Origin: Paracoccaceae bacterium
GTDB lineage: Bacteria > Pseudomonadota > Alphaproteobacteria > Rhodobacterales > Rhodobacteraceae
Direction: 5' to 3'
NCBI GenBank assembly: GCA_019454225.1
Contig: CP075370.1
Location: 2,721,649-2,785,648 of the forward strand
Length of the DNA: 64,000 nucleotides
The notes beneath the pieces are model-generated. The model saw nothing but the letters and a program-made list of their open reading frames with translations. It ran no database searches and was not told the origin of the DNA. Each line of letters starts with the position of its first letter. The first letter of the stretch is position 1. The position numbers and the translations under genes are program-made. Positions 18,830-28,238 of this stretch are shown here, piece after piece.

Positions 18830-20008
18830 CTACGCGAACCCACGCGCATGCAGCCAATCCGTAACGACGCCAGTCGCCTCTGCAAGCTTTTCGGGTTGAT
18901 TGACGAAGTAATGATTGGCGCCCTCGATCACCGTCATGTGGCGGTCCTGGGATGCCACGGCAGCAAAGATCGCGGATGTGTGCGGCTGCGGGGCGGCGTC
19001 GTCGGCTCCGCATTCCACCGCCAGGAACGGCACCGTCACATCCCGGCCCGTCACCAGCGAGTTCGCGCGGCTGTGGGCGGGCGACCACTGGGAAAGCCAG
19101 CTGCGCAGGGTCGAGAACCGCGCGAGCCCGGCGGGGCCGTTGTTCACGGTTTCCGGGTGCCCGAGAAAGCACCAGCCTGGTCGGCGCCCGTTGGGGTCGA
19201 TCGAGGGATCGAGGAACCGGGGATCCGCCATCGTGCGATGGGTAATGAACGAACGTTCCAATTCCTTGCCGCGGCGGCTGCGCAGGTCGGCCAGCCGTTC
19301 GAGCACCCGTGCCGTGATCCGCTCCATCCGGGCGGATTGCGCCGCCCGGAACCGCGCAAGGAAGTCCGGTCCATACGGAGTCGTCCGGTTTTCATACCCC
19401 GGATGATAGAGATCGAGCTCCGGGTCGCGGTCATCGGGATCGTCCTCGGACCGCACCGAGGGGTCGAGCCATTCCGCGAGCAGATGCGCGCGCGAGGAGT
19501 GGGCGGCAAGGCTCAGCACCGCATCCGCCGGGATCAGGCCCGCCCCGGCCACATCAACCGGATCGCCGGCTGGTGTCTGGGTGATCGTCGGCCGTTCGGC
19601 CTGCGACTGGTACAGCATGGTCAGCGATCCGCCGCCGCTCCAGCCGCAGAGCACCACCCTGTCGTAGCCCCAGTCCTGGCGGGCAGCCCGGATGTAGGCG
19701 CCAAGGTCCAGCAGGACGTTTTCCATGATCAGCGCGGTGTCGTTCCGCTGATAGCGGCTGCCCGCGCACAGCACATGAAAGCCCCGCTCCGCCAGTGCGC
19801 GCGGCAGCGGCAGCAGTTGCAGCGTCGATGCCGGATGCATGAAGATCAGCAGCGTCCGCGAGGGACGGCCCTTGGGGCGGATCAGAATGCCCTCCAGGTG
19901 CGTCAGCCCCTGCGAGCCGGTAAAGCCATAGGTTTCGGTATAGGATCGGGTCGCGGAAAACGCGATGTGTTTCCAGTCGTGCTGCAGGTCGGTCATGTCT
20001 GCGGTCAT
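18830..20008 (-). CDS. Alpha/beta hydrolase
   Basis: LLIFMHPAS and the nucleophile elbow GWSGGGS. The start ATG 20008 forms ATGA with the stop of the upstream ATPase. Confidence 0.7.
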   Translation of the reverse strand: MTADMTDLQHDWKHIAFSATRSYTETYGFTGSQGLTHLEGILIRPKGRPSRTLLIFMHPASTLQLLPLPRALAERGFHVLCAGSRYQRNDTALIMENVLLDLGAYIRAARQDWGYDRVVLCGWSGGGSLTMLYQSQAERPTITQTPAGDPVDVAGAGLIPADAVLSLAAHSSRAHLLAEWLDPSVRSEDDPDDRDPELDLYHPGYENRTTPYGPDFLARFRAAQSARMERITARVLERLADLRSRRGKELERSFITHRTMADPRFLDPSIDPNGRRPGWCFLGHPETVNNGPAGLARFSTLRSWLSQWSPAHSRANSLVTGRDVTVPFLAVECGADDAAPQPHTSAIFAAVASQDRHMTVIEGANHYFVNQPEKLAEATGVVTDWLHARGFA

Positions 20009-21105
20009 CCCAGTGGTCGGGCCAGAATTCCGGTATCGCCGTCCTCTGTCACGCGATCTGCCGCGGGACGCGCAAGGCCGGGAAACTGACCCGTCAGGGT
20101 CATGTCGTGGATATGGCACCGCACGCGGCGCCCCCCCGGCATCAACCCGAGTTGCGGCTCGACCGCGCGGCAGAGGTCGGTCGCATGCGGGCATCGCGAG
20201 GAAAATCGGCAGCCGGGCGGAATGTTCATCGGCGAGGGCACATCGCCACGAAGTTCCACGCGGTCGGGCGCCTCGGCGGGATTCATCCGGGGGATCGCGG
20301 CCATCAGCCGCTGCGTATAGGGATGCAGCGGCGCAGCGAGCACGTCTTCCGCCGGGCCCTCCTCGACGATGCGCCCGAGATACATCACCGCGACATGGCG
20401 GCAGATATAGCCCACAGTCGCGATGTCATGCGAAATGTAGAGGACCGCCAGGCCAAGGTCGCGCGACAGTTCGTCCAGCAGTTCCAGCACACTGGCCTGG
20501 ATCGACACATCCAGCATCGACACAGGCTCGTCCGCCACGATGAAGCGCGGCTCCAGCACGAGCGCACGCGCAATGGCCACGCGCTGCCGCTGGCCGCCGG
20601 AAAGGTCGCTGGGGAAGCGGTCAATGTTCTCGGCTGCTGGCATCCGCACGAGATCGAGCGCCCGCGCAACCCGACGCCGCCGGTCAGCCGCGTCGCCGAT
20701 ACGGTGGATGATCAGCGGCTCCTCGATGATCTGGCCGACCGTCAGGCGCGGGTTCAGCGAACTGTAGGGATCCTGGAAGATGATCTGTGCCTGACGGCGA
20801 TAGGCCTTGAGCCTGCGGCCCTCGACATGGGTCACATCCTCGCCGCGAAAGGTGATCCCGCCGCCGGTCGGCTGGTGCATCCGCACCAGCGACATGCCCA
20901 GCGTGGACTTGCCGCATCCGGATTCGCCCACGAGGCCCACGATCTCGCGCTCCCGGATCGACAGATCGACCCCGTCCAGCGCCCGCGCGACCGCCGGCCT
21001 GACACCCGCCAGCGCGCTGAAGATGCCGGTCCTGCCCTGAAAATGGGTCTTCAGGTCGCGCGCATCGACGACCACCGGGGAGAGCGGAGATGGGGGGGCG
21101 GTCAT
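20005..21105 (-). CDS. ABC transporter ATP-binding protein (DppF/OppF-like)
   Basis: Walker A GESGCGKST, signature LSGGQRQRVAIARAL and an oligopeptide-type C-terminal Cys-rich tail. ATGA coupling at 21102-21105. Confidence 0.9.
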   Translation of the reverse strand: MTAPPSPLSPVVVDARDLKTHFQGRTGIFSALAGVRPAVARALDGVDLSIREREIVGLVGESGCGKSTLGMSLVRMHQPTGGGITFRGEDVTHVEGRRLKAYRRQAQIIFQDPYSSLNPRLTVGQIIEEPLIIHRIGDAADRRRRVARALDLVRMPAAENIDRFPSDLSGGQRQRVAIARALVLEPRFIVADEPVSMLDVSIQASVLELLDELSRDLGLAVLYISHDIATVGYICRHVAVMYLGRIVEEGPAEDVLAAPLHPYTQRLMAAIPRMNPAEAPDRVELRGDVPSPMNIPPGCRFSSRCPHATDLCRAVEPQLGLMPGGRRVRCHIHDMTLTGQFPGLARPAADRVTEDGDTGILARPLG

Positions 21106-22208
21106 GTGCCGGCCTTCATGTTGCGCCAGGTTTCGGGGCGGCGGGCCGCCGCGCGGAAGGCGTGCGCCTGGTCGACGTGGTGGCAGGCCGCCGTCTGCCC
21201 GCCCAGGGTGACGGGGACCGGTGCCTCGGCATGGCAGCGACCCGTGGCGAAGGGGCAGCGCCCGGCAAAGCGGCACCCCGGCGGCGGTGTCAGCAGGTTG
21301 GGAACCGTTCCCGGGATCGAGACAAGCGGCTGCCGCGGCTGACCGCGCACCGGCAGGCGCGGAAAGGCGTTCTGCAGGCCCATGGTGTAGGGATGCAGCG
21401 GCCGTTCCAGCACATCGGCGGTGGGGCCGGTCTCGGCCACCTTGCCCGCATACATCACCACGGTCGTTTCACACATCTCGGCCACGACCGCGATGTCATG
21501 CGTCACCAGAATCATCGACCGGCGCATGTGTTCATGAATGCCCCGGATGCGCGACATGATCTGCGCCTGCATGATCGGGTCGAGCGCCGTGGTCGGTTCA
21601 TCCGCCAGAAGCATCCCGGCGTTCAGTGCCAGCGCCATCGCAATCACTGCCCGCTGGCGCATCCCGCCGGAAAACTGATGCGGAAATTCGCGCAGGCGGG
21701 ACGCGGGCAGCCCGACAAGGGCAAACATCTCTTCTGCCCGCGCCCAGGCCACCGCCCGTCCGACCGGTTCATGCGCGCGGATCGCCTCGATGATCTGGTC
21801 ACCGATGCAATAGACCGGGTCCAGCGAGTTCATGGCGCTTTGGGTGATCAGCGCGATGCGGGTCCAGCGGATGTCCTCAAGCGCCCTGTCCGACAGGCGC
21901 AGGATGTCCTGACCATCCAGCAACGCCTGTCCGCCGACGGTGGCGGTGTCAGGCTGCAGCCCCATCAGCGCCTTGACCACCGTGCTTTTCCCGCAGCCGC
22001 TTTCGCCCACAAGTCCGAGGTTCGTGCCGGGTTGAACGTCAAAACTGACGTCGTCCACCGCACGGAACGGGCCGCGCGACGTCGCATAGGTCACCGACAT
22101 GCCCCGAACCTGCAACCGAGCGGCGGGCTTGGCCGCCAGGCGCTCGTTCAGCCGGGCAAGATCGCCTGCAACTGCCGATACCGTCGGAGCGGGAACAGCG
22201 GGTGCCAT
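21102..22208 (-). CDS. ABC transporter ATP-binding protein (DppD/OppD-like)
   Basis: Walker A GESGCGKST, FSGGMRQRAVIAMAL and C-terminal CRFAGRCP. TGATG coupling (ATG 22208). Confidence 0.9.
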   Translation of the reverse strand: MAPAVPAPTVSAVAGDLARLNERLAAKPAARLQVRGMSVTYATSRGPFRAVDDVSFDVQPGTNLGLVGESGCGKSTVVKALMGLQPDTATVGGQALLDGQDILRLSDRALEDIRWTRIALITQSAMNSLDPVYCIGDQIIEAIRAHEPVGRAVAWARAEEMFALVGLPASRLREFPHQFSGGMRQRAVIAMALALNAGMLLADEPTTALDPIMQAQIMSRIRGIHEHMRRSMILVTHDIAVVAEMCETTVVMYAGKVAETGPTADVLERPLHPYTMGLQNAFPRLPVRGQPRQPLVSIPGTVPNLLTPPPGCRFAGRCPFATGRCHAEAPVPVTLGGQTAACHHVDQAHAFRAAARRPETWRNMKAGT

Positions 22209-23113
22209 CACGGCCTCCTCAGGCGCGGGTTGGTCTGTTCCTCATAGGCCCGCCCGATCAGGTAGAGCGAGGATACCAGCATCACGAGGGCCAGCGACGG
22301 CGGGACGACCCACCACCAGGCGGTCCGCAGGTTGCCGCTGCCGAACGCGGTGTTCAACATCTGACCCCAGCTGATCACCGTCGGATCGCCCAGCCCGAGG
22401 AAGGACAGGCTGGCCTCGGTCAGCACCGCGAAGGCGACCGACATCGTGACCCACAGCAGGACGACCCGGACGATATTGGGCAGGATGTGCCGCATGATGA
22501 TGTGCAGATGCGACGCGCCGGCCGCGCGCGCCCATTTCACATAGACCCTTTCCCGTTCGGTCAGCACCGCCGACCGGATGATCCGCGCGCCGTTGCGCCA
22601 GAACAGGATGGTGATGACCAGGATGATGTTCTCGATGCTCGGGCCCAGAAGCGCCACGGCGACGATCGAGAAGGGCAAGGTCGGAATCGACAGCGCAACG
22701 TCGGTCAGTCGCATAAGCGCATCATCGACATAGCCGCCGAAGTAGCCGGACACGACGCCCACCACCGTCGAGATGAACCCCACGGCCACGGCGGCGACCA
22801 TTCCGACCAGCAGCGCCACCCGGAACCCGTACAGGAACTGGCTGAACACATCGTTTCCGAAAGCCGTCGTGCCGAGCAGATGCGCCGAGGTGGGCGGAGA
22901 CAGCCGGTTCAGCCGGCCGCTTTCGGTCATCATCGCCTTGAACGGCTCGTAGGGTGCAATCCAGGGCGCGGCAATGGCGATCACCACGAACACCAGCAGC
23001 ACCGCCATGCCCACCAGGGCAAACTTGTCCTGCATCAGGTTGCGGAACGATTCCCGCGCGGCACCAAGGGCGCTGCGGCCGTGGATGACCTGCGGATCGG
23101 GAGCATCGGTCAT
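22208..23113 (-). CDS. ABC transporter permease (DppC/OppC-like)
   Basis: Six hydrophobic segments and an EAA-like loop (AAGASHLHIIMRHILPN). ATGA coupling at 23110-23113. Confidence 0.88.
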   Translation of the reverse strand: MTDAPDPQVIHGRSALGAARESFRNLMQDKFALVGMAVLLVFVVIAIAAPWIAPYEPFKAMMTESGRLNRLSPPTSAHLLGTTAFGNDVFSQFLYGFRVALLVGMVAAVAVGFISTVVGVVSGYFGGYVDDALMRLTDVALSIPTLPFSIVAVALLGPSIENIILVITILFWRNGARIIRSAVLTERERVYVKWARAAGASHLHIIMRHILPNIVRVVLLWVTMSVAFAVLTEASLSFLGLGDPTVISWGQMLNTAFGSGNLRTAWWWVVPPSLALVMLVSSLYLIGRAYEEQTNPRLRRP

Positions 23114-24075
23114 TTGTACACCACCCGCGGATCAAGCTTGCCATAGGCCAGGTCGGCGGCCAGGTTGGCCAGCACGATCATGACCGCCAGCAGGAAGAAC
23201 GCGGCCTGCGCCAGCGGATAGTCCTGCCGGGTCACGGCCAGCACCAGTTCCCGCCCGACTCCGGGCCAGCTGAAGACGATCTCGATCACCACGATCCCGG
23301 CGATGGTCTCGGCCAGTGCGGGGAACAGCCAGGTGATCAGCGGCAGCATCGAGTTGCGCGCCGCATGCCAGGCCACGCGCCATTGTGGCACGCCCTTCGC
23401 GCGGACAAGCTCGATGTAGTCCTCGGTCCGGTTCTCCACCACGCCCGAGCGCATCAACAGCAGGTTCTCGGGCAGGAAGTAGATGATGACCGCCAGCAGC
23501 GGCAGCGCCAGATGATGCAGGAAATCCAGCGTGAAATAGCGTGCAAACCCTGTCGTCTGGCCCGGATCGCCCATGCCGAAGCCCGGAAACCACCCCAGCG
23601 TGCTGGAAAACACGGTCAGCAGCGCGATCCCGATCACGAAGTTCGGCACGCCCCGGATCACCGTGGCCAGGAAGATGCCCGATCGTTCCACCCGTCCGCC
23701 GCGCCGGGCCCAGCCCACGGCCGTGCCGATGGCCGCCCCCAGAGCCGCGCCCAGCAGGAGCCCCGGAACGGCAATCCACAGCGTGTTGATGATCAGCGGG
23801 AACAGCACCTCCCACACCGGCTTGCGATAGAAGAAGGACGACCCGAAGTCGCCCTGCAGCAGGTTGCCGAGGTAGGCGACATACTGGTCCCACAGCGTTC
23901 CGGTCAGGCCCCAGCGTTCCAGCAGGGCCTGCCGGGCTTCCTCGGTCATGCCACGCTCCATCAGGATTGCGGTCGGGTCCGCCGGCATCACGCGGAACAT
24001 GAAGAACATGATCGTGGTGACGGCCCAGACGACCAGCACGCTCTGGGCCAGGCGGCGGAGGATGTAGGCACGCAT
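23110..24075 (-). CDS. ABC transporter permease (DppB/OppB-like)
   Basis: MRAYILRRLAQSVLVVW is the typical N-terminus; VRAKGVPQWRVAWHAARNSMLPL is the EAA loop. Confidence 0.88.
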   Translation of the reverse strand: MRAYILRRLAQSVLVVWAVTTIMFFMFRVMPADPTAILMERGMTEEARQALLERWGLTGTLWDQYVAYLGNLLQGDFGSSFFYRKPVWEVLFPLIINTLWIAVPGLLLGAALGAAIGTAVGWARRGGRVERSGIFLATVIRGVPNFVIGIALLTVFSSTLGWFPGFGMGDPGQTTGFARYFTLDFLHHLALPLLAVIIYFLPENLLLMRSGVVENRTEDYIELVRAKGVPQWRVAWHAARNSMLPLITWLFPALAETIAGIVVIEIVFSWPGVGRELVLAVTRQDYPLAQAAFFLLAVMIVLANLAADLAYGKLDPRVVYK

Positions 24076-24159
24076 GAATCACCCGGTCTGGTGCGGCAGG
24101 ATTTTTCGGGCGCCAAGCGGGCGCCCGGGCAGAGTGCGGCAAGGTGCAAGAGGAAAGAA

Positions 24160-24190
24160 GGCCCGCCCGCGCGCCCTGCGCGGGCGGGCC
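24160..24190 (-). other. Perfect 13-bp GC hairpin between the binding-protein and permease genes
   Basis: GGCCCGCCCGCGC-gccct-GCGCGGGCGGGCC, 13 nt downstream of the SBP stop codon. No U tract. Confidence 0.5.
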
Positions 24191-24202
24191 CAAGGTGGGG
24201 AG

Positions 24203-25828
24203 TTACTTCTTGGGATAGTGCAGGCGGCCCTGCGCATCCCAGCCATAGCCCGCATCGGCCAGAACCTTGCGCGCCGCCTCGACGTCGAAGGGGATCGTGG
24301 GCAGGTCGGCATTGTGCCACATGCCCAGCTGCGTGGGCACCGGCCCCTCGCCCGCAGGCACCGCAAACCCCAGCCAGCCCTCGATCGCCGCACGTTCCTT
24401 GGAGGTCGCCATGCGCAGCGCCTTGCGGAAAGCGGGGTCGGTGAACGGTTCCTTCTGGTTGTTCAGCCAGACCAGCATCGTGCCGTGCGAGGGGATTTCC
24501 AGAAAGTCGAGGAAATCGTTCTGCGCGGCAAGGTCGCTCATCGCGGCGACGGGCAGCACCATGCTGGCGACATCTCCGGTTCCCGCCAGCATGGCCGAGC
24601 GGATCGCATCGGCCTGCCCCAGGGCCAGGCGGCGCAGGCCGTCATAGGCCGGGGCCTGGAAGTGGTCTGCGAAGGTCTCCAGCTCGTGCGTCTCGTTCAC
24701 GCGCCACGACTTGAACTTGAACGGCCCGCTGCCGATCGCCGCGCCATCCGCCACCACGTCGCGCGCCACCATGTCACCCGCATAGCCCGACCAGACATGT
24801 TCCGGCAGGATGAAGGCATAGGTCAGGACGGTCGTGACAAAGGTCGCGTCGGGCGCCTTCAGCTTCACGTTGAAGGTCAGATCGTCGATCTTCTCGGCAC
24901 CTGCCAGATTGGCGATGCGCGACGACATTGCCGGGGGCTGCAGTTCCACGACCTTGTTGATGGTGAACACCGCGTCATCGGCCGTCACCGCCTCGCCGTC
25001 GTGGAAGCGCATGCCCTCGCGCAGCGTGATCCTTACCGTCGTCGGATCGGTGAATTCCCACGAGGTCGCGGCCCAGGGAACGGTCTGGCCCTGCGCGTTG
25101 TTCTTGGCGAAGGTGTCATAGATGAACCGCATCCAGCCCACCGCGCCCTCTTCGGCCATCGGGTTGTAGGTGGTGACATCCTCGTAATGCGCCCAGTCAA
25201 GGATGCGGTCGTCGGTCAGCGGGCGGGCGGAAAGCCAGGGGTCGACCAGGCCTTCGTGCGCCGCAACCGGTGCCGGGCTGGTGACGTTCTCCCATTTCTT
25301 GCTGTTCCACAGGATGCCGTAGACGGTGTTCGTGGCGGGCCACCAGGGCATCACGTCATAGAAATGCTGCTGGGCCGCATGCACAGCCGCGATCCGCTCG
25401 GGCTGGTCCACGATCTCGCGCTGACCCTTGACCATGGCGGTATAGGCCTCGTCGCACCATTTTGCACCGTTGCGGCGTGCGCCGCAGGCACCAAGGTCAT
25501 GCAGCCAGTAATGCGGATCGACCCGGTCGGGGTCGGCGCCGACGGTGAACACCGCCATGTCCTCGAGCCCGCCGCCAACCATGATGTTGGAGATGAAGCT
25601 GCTGAACTGGACGGGCTGCATCCGGAAGCCCAGTCCAAGCTTGGACCATTCCTCGCTTATCACGCGGGCCGACTGTTCGTACATCGGGCCCATGTCGGTC
25701 GAGTAGTAGGCGATCTGAAGGTCGGGGACCGGCTCGCCCAGATCCTGGGCGGCGGCCGGTGCGCAAAGCGCGACAATGCTTGCCGGCAGCCACAAGGGCG
25801 CAGCCAGCCTCCTGATGGTGGCAGTCAT
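24203..25828 (-). CDS. ABC transporter substrate-binding protein, family 5 (peptide/nickel/opine type)
   Basis: Signal peptide MTATIRRLAAPLWLPASIVALCAPAAAQD (ATG 25828, GGGAGGAG RBS). About 540 aa, typical of family-5 SBPs. Confidence 0.85.
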   Translation of the reverse strand: MTATIRRLAAPLWLPASIVALCAPAAAQDLGEPVPDLQIAYYSTDMGPMYEQSARVISEEWSKLGLGFRMQPVQFSSFISNIMVGGGLEDMAVFTVGADPDRVDPHYWLHDLGACGARRNGAKWCDEAYTAMVKGQREIVDQPERIAAVHAAQQHFYDVMPWWPATNTVYGILWNSKKWENVTSPAPVAAHEGLVDPWLSARPLTDDRILDWAHYEDVTTYNPMAEEGAVGWMRFIYDTFAKNNAQGQTVPWAATSWEFTDPTTVRITLREGMRFHDGEAVTADDAVFTINKVVELQPPAMSSRIANLAGAEKIDDLTFNVKLKAPDATFVTTVLTYAFILPEHVWSGYAGDMVARDVVADGAAIGSGPFKFKSWRVNETHELETFADHFQAPAYDGLRRLALGQADAIRSAMLAGTGDVASMVLPVAAMSDLAAQNDFLDFLEIPSHGTMLVWLNNQKEPFTDPAFRKALRMATSKERAAIEGWLGFAVPAGEGPVPTQLGMWHNADLPTIPFDVEAARKVLADAGYGWDAQGRLHYPKK

Positions 25829-25918
25829 TCTGGTATCTCCTCCCAAACACCTGGCCACTCTCCGCAGCAGGTCGGCGGCACGCTCTGGCGGCGATGCGCG
25901 ATGACCCGTCCTCAGCCG

Positions 25919-25940
25919 GTGTATGCAAAAAGTGTATACG
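25919..25940. promoter_or_regulatory. Candidate GntR-type operator (repeated GTGTAT motif)
   Basis: GTGTATGC-aaaaa-GTGTATACG lies in the AT-rich divergent region between the SBP gene and fahA. Confidence 0.35.
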
Positions 25941-26075
25941 AAAAGATCCGATGTCAACCAAATTCGCTTGATTTGCGGACGTCATTGGAAAGACTGAATA
26001 CAGTAGCAGGTCCGGGGGTTCGATCGGCGGCCACGGGATGCCGCAACGATTCCACGGGCGACGGGGGGGTCTGTC

Positions 26076-27356
26076 ATGAGACGGTCATGGGTCGAGACGG
26101 CAAACGATCCGTCCTGCGATTTTCCGCTTGCGAACCTGCCCTACGGCGTCTTTGCGGCGCCGGGCCGCGATGCGCGCTGCGGGGTGGCGATCGGCGACCG
26201 CGTGGTCGACCTGGCGGCGCTGTCGGCGGCGGGCCTTCTGGGCGAAGGGGCCGGAAAGCTCGGCTTCGACCAGCCTGCGATCAACCGGTTCATGGCGGCG
26301 GGTTCCGCAGCATGGGCGACGATGCGGGCGCGGCTGACCGATCTGCTGGCCGAGGGTGGCGCGGACGACCTGCGCCGGAATGCTGCGCTATGCGCGGCGG
26401 TACTTGTGCCGATGGCCGAAGCGCGGATGCAGCTTCCGTTCTGCGTATCCGGCTACACCGATTTCTATGCGGGTCGCCAGCATGCGGTGAACGGTGGCAC
26501 CCTGCTGCGTGGCCCGCAGAACGCCCTGACACCCAACTGGCCGCACATGCCCATCGCCTACAACGGCCGCGCCTCGACCGTCGTCGTGTCGGGAACGCCC
26601 GTACGGCGCCCGCTGGGTCAGTACCGCCCCGAGGGGGCCGAGATGCCGGTGCTCGGGCCGACCCGCCGGCTTGACCTTGAGGTCGAGTTCGGCGCGGTCG
26701 TGGCGCTGCCCACCGACCTGGGCCAGACGCTGACCGTGGCCGAATCCTGGGAACGCCTGTTCGGCTTCGTGCTGCTAAACGACTGGTCGGCCCGCGACGT
26801 GCAGCGATGGGAAGGCCAGCCGCTGGGTCCGTTCCAGGCAAAGGCCTTTGCGACCACGATCAGCCCCTGGGTCGTCACCCGCGCAGCGCTCGAACCATTC
26901 CGCCGCGGCCCGCCGCATCGGGATACGGCATTGCTTCCCTATCTGCATGAACCGGAGGACTATTTCCTCGACCTGACGCTCGAGGCACATCTGACGCCCG
27001 AGGGCGCGCCGGGTGCCAGCCGGATCGTGCGCACCAACACGCGCCACCTGTACTACTCGGCCCCGCAGATGCTTGCCCATCACGCGCTGTGCGGGTGCCG
27101 TATGGATACCGGCGACCTGCTGGGGTCAGGCACGATCTCCGGCCCCGAACGCGAGAATTTCGGCTGCCTGATGGAGCAGACATGGGGCGGGCGCGACGAC
27201 GTGGTGCTGGAACGGGGCGGCGTACGCCGGTTCCTGGAGGACGGCGATACGGTCACCCTGACGGGGTGGGGCGAAACGGACGGCCGGCGGATCGGCTTCG
27301 GAACATGCGAGGGTCGGATCCTGCCCGCCCATGCCCTGCCAGTGGGAGCAGCCTGA
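26076..27356 (+). CDS. fahA: Fumarylacetoacetase
   Basis: The N-terminal domain SWVETANDPSCDFPLANLPYGVF is followed by a FAH-fold C-domain; 426 aa. Confidence 0.85.
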   Translation: MRRSWVETANDPSCDFPLANLPYGVFAAPGRDARCGVAIGDRVVDLAALSAAGLLGEGAGKLGFDQPAINRFMAAGSAAWATMRARLTDLLAEGGADDLRRNAALCAAVLVPMAEARMQLPFCVSGYTDFYAGRQHAVNGGTLLRGPQNALTPNWPHMPIAYNGRASTVVVSGTPVRRPLGQYRPEGAEMPVLGPTRRLDLEVEFGAVVALPTDLGQTLTVAESWERLFGFVLLNDWSARDVQRWEGQPLGPFQAKAFATTISPWVVTRAALEPFRRGPPHRDTALLPYLHEPEDYFLDLTLEAHLTPEGAPGASRIVRTNTRHLYYSAPQMLAHHALCGCRMDTGDLLGSGTISGPERENFGCLMEQTWGGRDDVVLERGGVRRFLEDGDTVTLTGWGETDGRRIGFGTCEGRILPAHALPVGAA

Positions 27357-28207
27357 TGCGGATGTGCCGGTTCGATGACAACCGCCTTGGCGTGGTGCGC
27401 GGCAACGTCGTGCATGACGTGTCAGAGGTGCTGGAGGCGCTGCCGTTGCATCGCTACCCCCTGCCCGATCACGATCCGCTGGTCGCCGCGCTGCCCGAAC
27501 TTCGCCCCCGGATGGAGGCCGTGGCGGATCGCCAGCCCGGCATTCCCCTGGCGACGCTGCATCTGCTGCCGCCCGTTGCCTCGCCGCGCAAGATCGTGGG
27601 GGCACCGGTGAACTACCGGCTGCATCAGGACGAGGCGCTGGCCGATGCCGCAATTCACCACGGCACGCACATCCTGCCCATCGACAAGGCCGGCCTGTTC
27701 CTCAAGGCGACCAGTTCGCTCATCGGGCCGTCGGCCCCTGTGGTCATCCGCTTTCCCGAGACCCGCAACGACCATGAGATCGAACTGGTCGCCGTCATCG
27801 GCAGCCGGGCCGACCGCGTGGGCCGGGCCGGGGCGCTGGCACATGTGGCGGGATATGCCATCGGGCTGGACATGACGGTGCGGGGCACGCAGGAGCGCAG
27901 CATGCGCAAGTCCTGCGATTGCTACAGCGTGCTCGGGCCGTGGATGGTGACGGCGGATGAAATCCCCGACCCGTCGGCGCTGGAAATGGAACTGACGGTG
28001 AACGGGGCGACACGGCAGAAAGCCTCGACCTCTGCCCTGTTGCGCGATGTCGCGACGCTGATCGAGATGGCATCGGCCTTCTACACCCTCATGCCCGGCG
28101 ACCTGATCTATACCGGCACGCCCGAGGGTGTGGCGCCCGTTCAGGGCGGCGACGTGATGCGGGCAAGCATCGGCGGAATCGGCACGATGACCGTCGCGGT
28201 GCGCTGA
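27356..28207 (+). CDS. Fumarylacetoacetate hydrolase (FAH) family protein
   Basis: Start ATG 27356 overlaps the fahA TGA by 1 nt. The FAH-fold blocks HEIELVAVIG and GDLIYTGTPEGV are present. Confidence 0.85.
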   Translation: MRMCRFDDNRLGVVRGNVVHDVSEVLEALPLHRYPLPDHDPLVAALPELRPRMEAVADRQPGIPLATLHLLPPVASPRKIVGAPVNYRLHQDEALADAAIHHGTHILPIDKAGLFLKATSSLIGPSAPVVIRFPETRNDHEIELVAVIGSRADRVGRAGALAHVAGYAIGLDMTVRGTQERSMRKSCDCYSVLGPWMVTADEIPDPSALEMELTVNGATRQKASTSALLRDVATLIEMASAFYTLMPGDLIYTGTPEGVAPVQGGDVMRASIGGIGTMTVAVR

Positions 28208-28238
28208 CCGCCGCCCCGATGACACCGGACCCGGCGCG

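Noticed and set aside
17477-20089. 870-aa plus-strand ORF
   Set aside because: It is antisense to the DUF2946-like gene, the GntR regulator and the alpha/beta hydrolase. The composition is R/G/P/A-biased and I recognise no motifs, so it is a shadow ORF of a high-GC genome.
24074-26674. 866-aa plus-strand ORF
   Set aside because: It is antisense to the family-5 SBP gene, then runs out of frame through the divergent promoter and into fahA. A real gene would not span a promoter region, so it is a shadow ORF.
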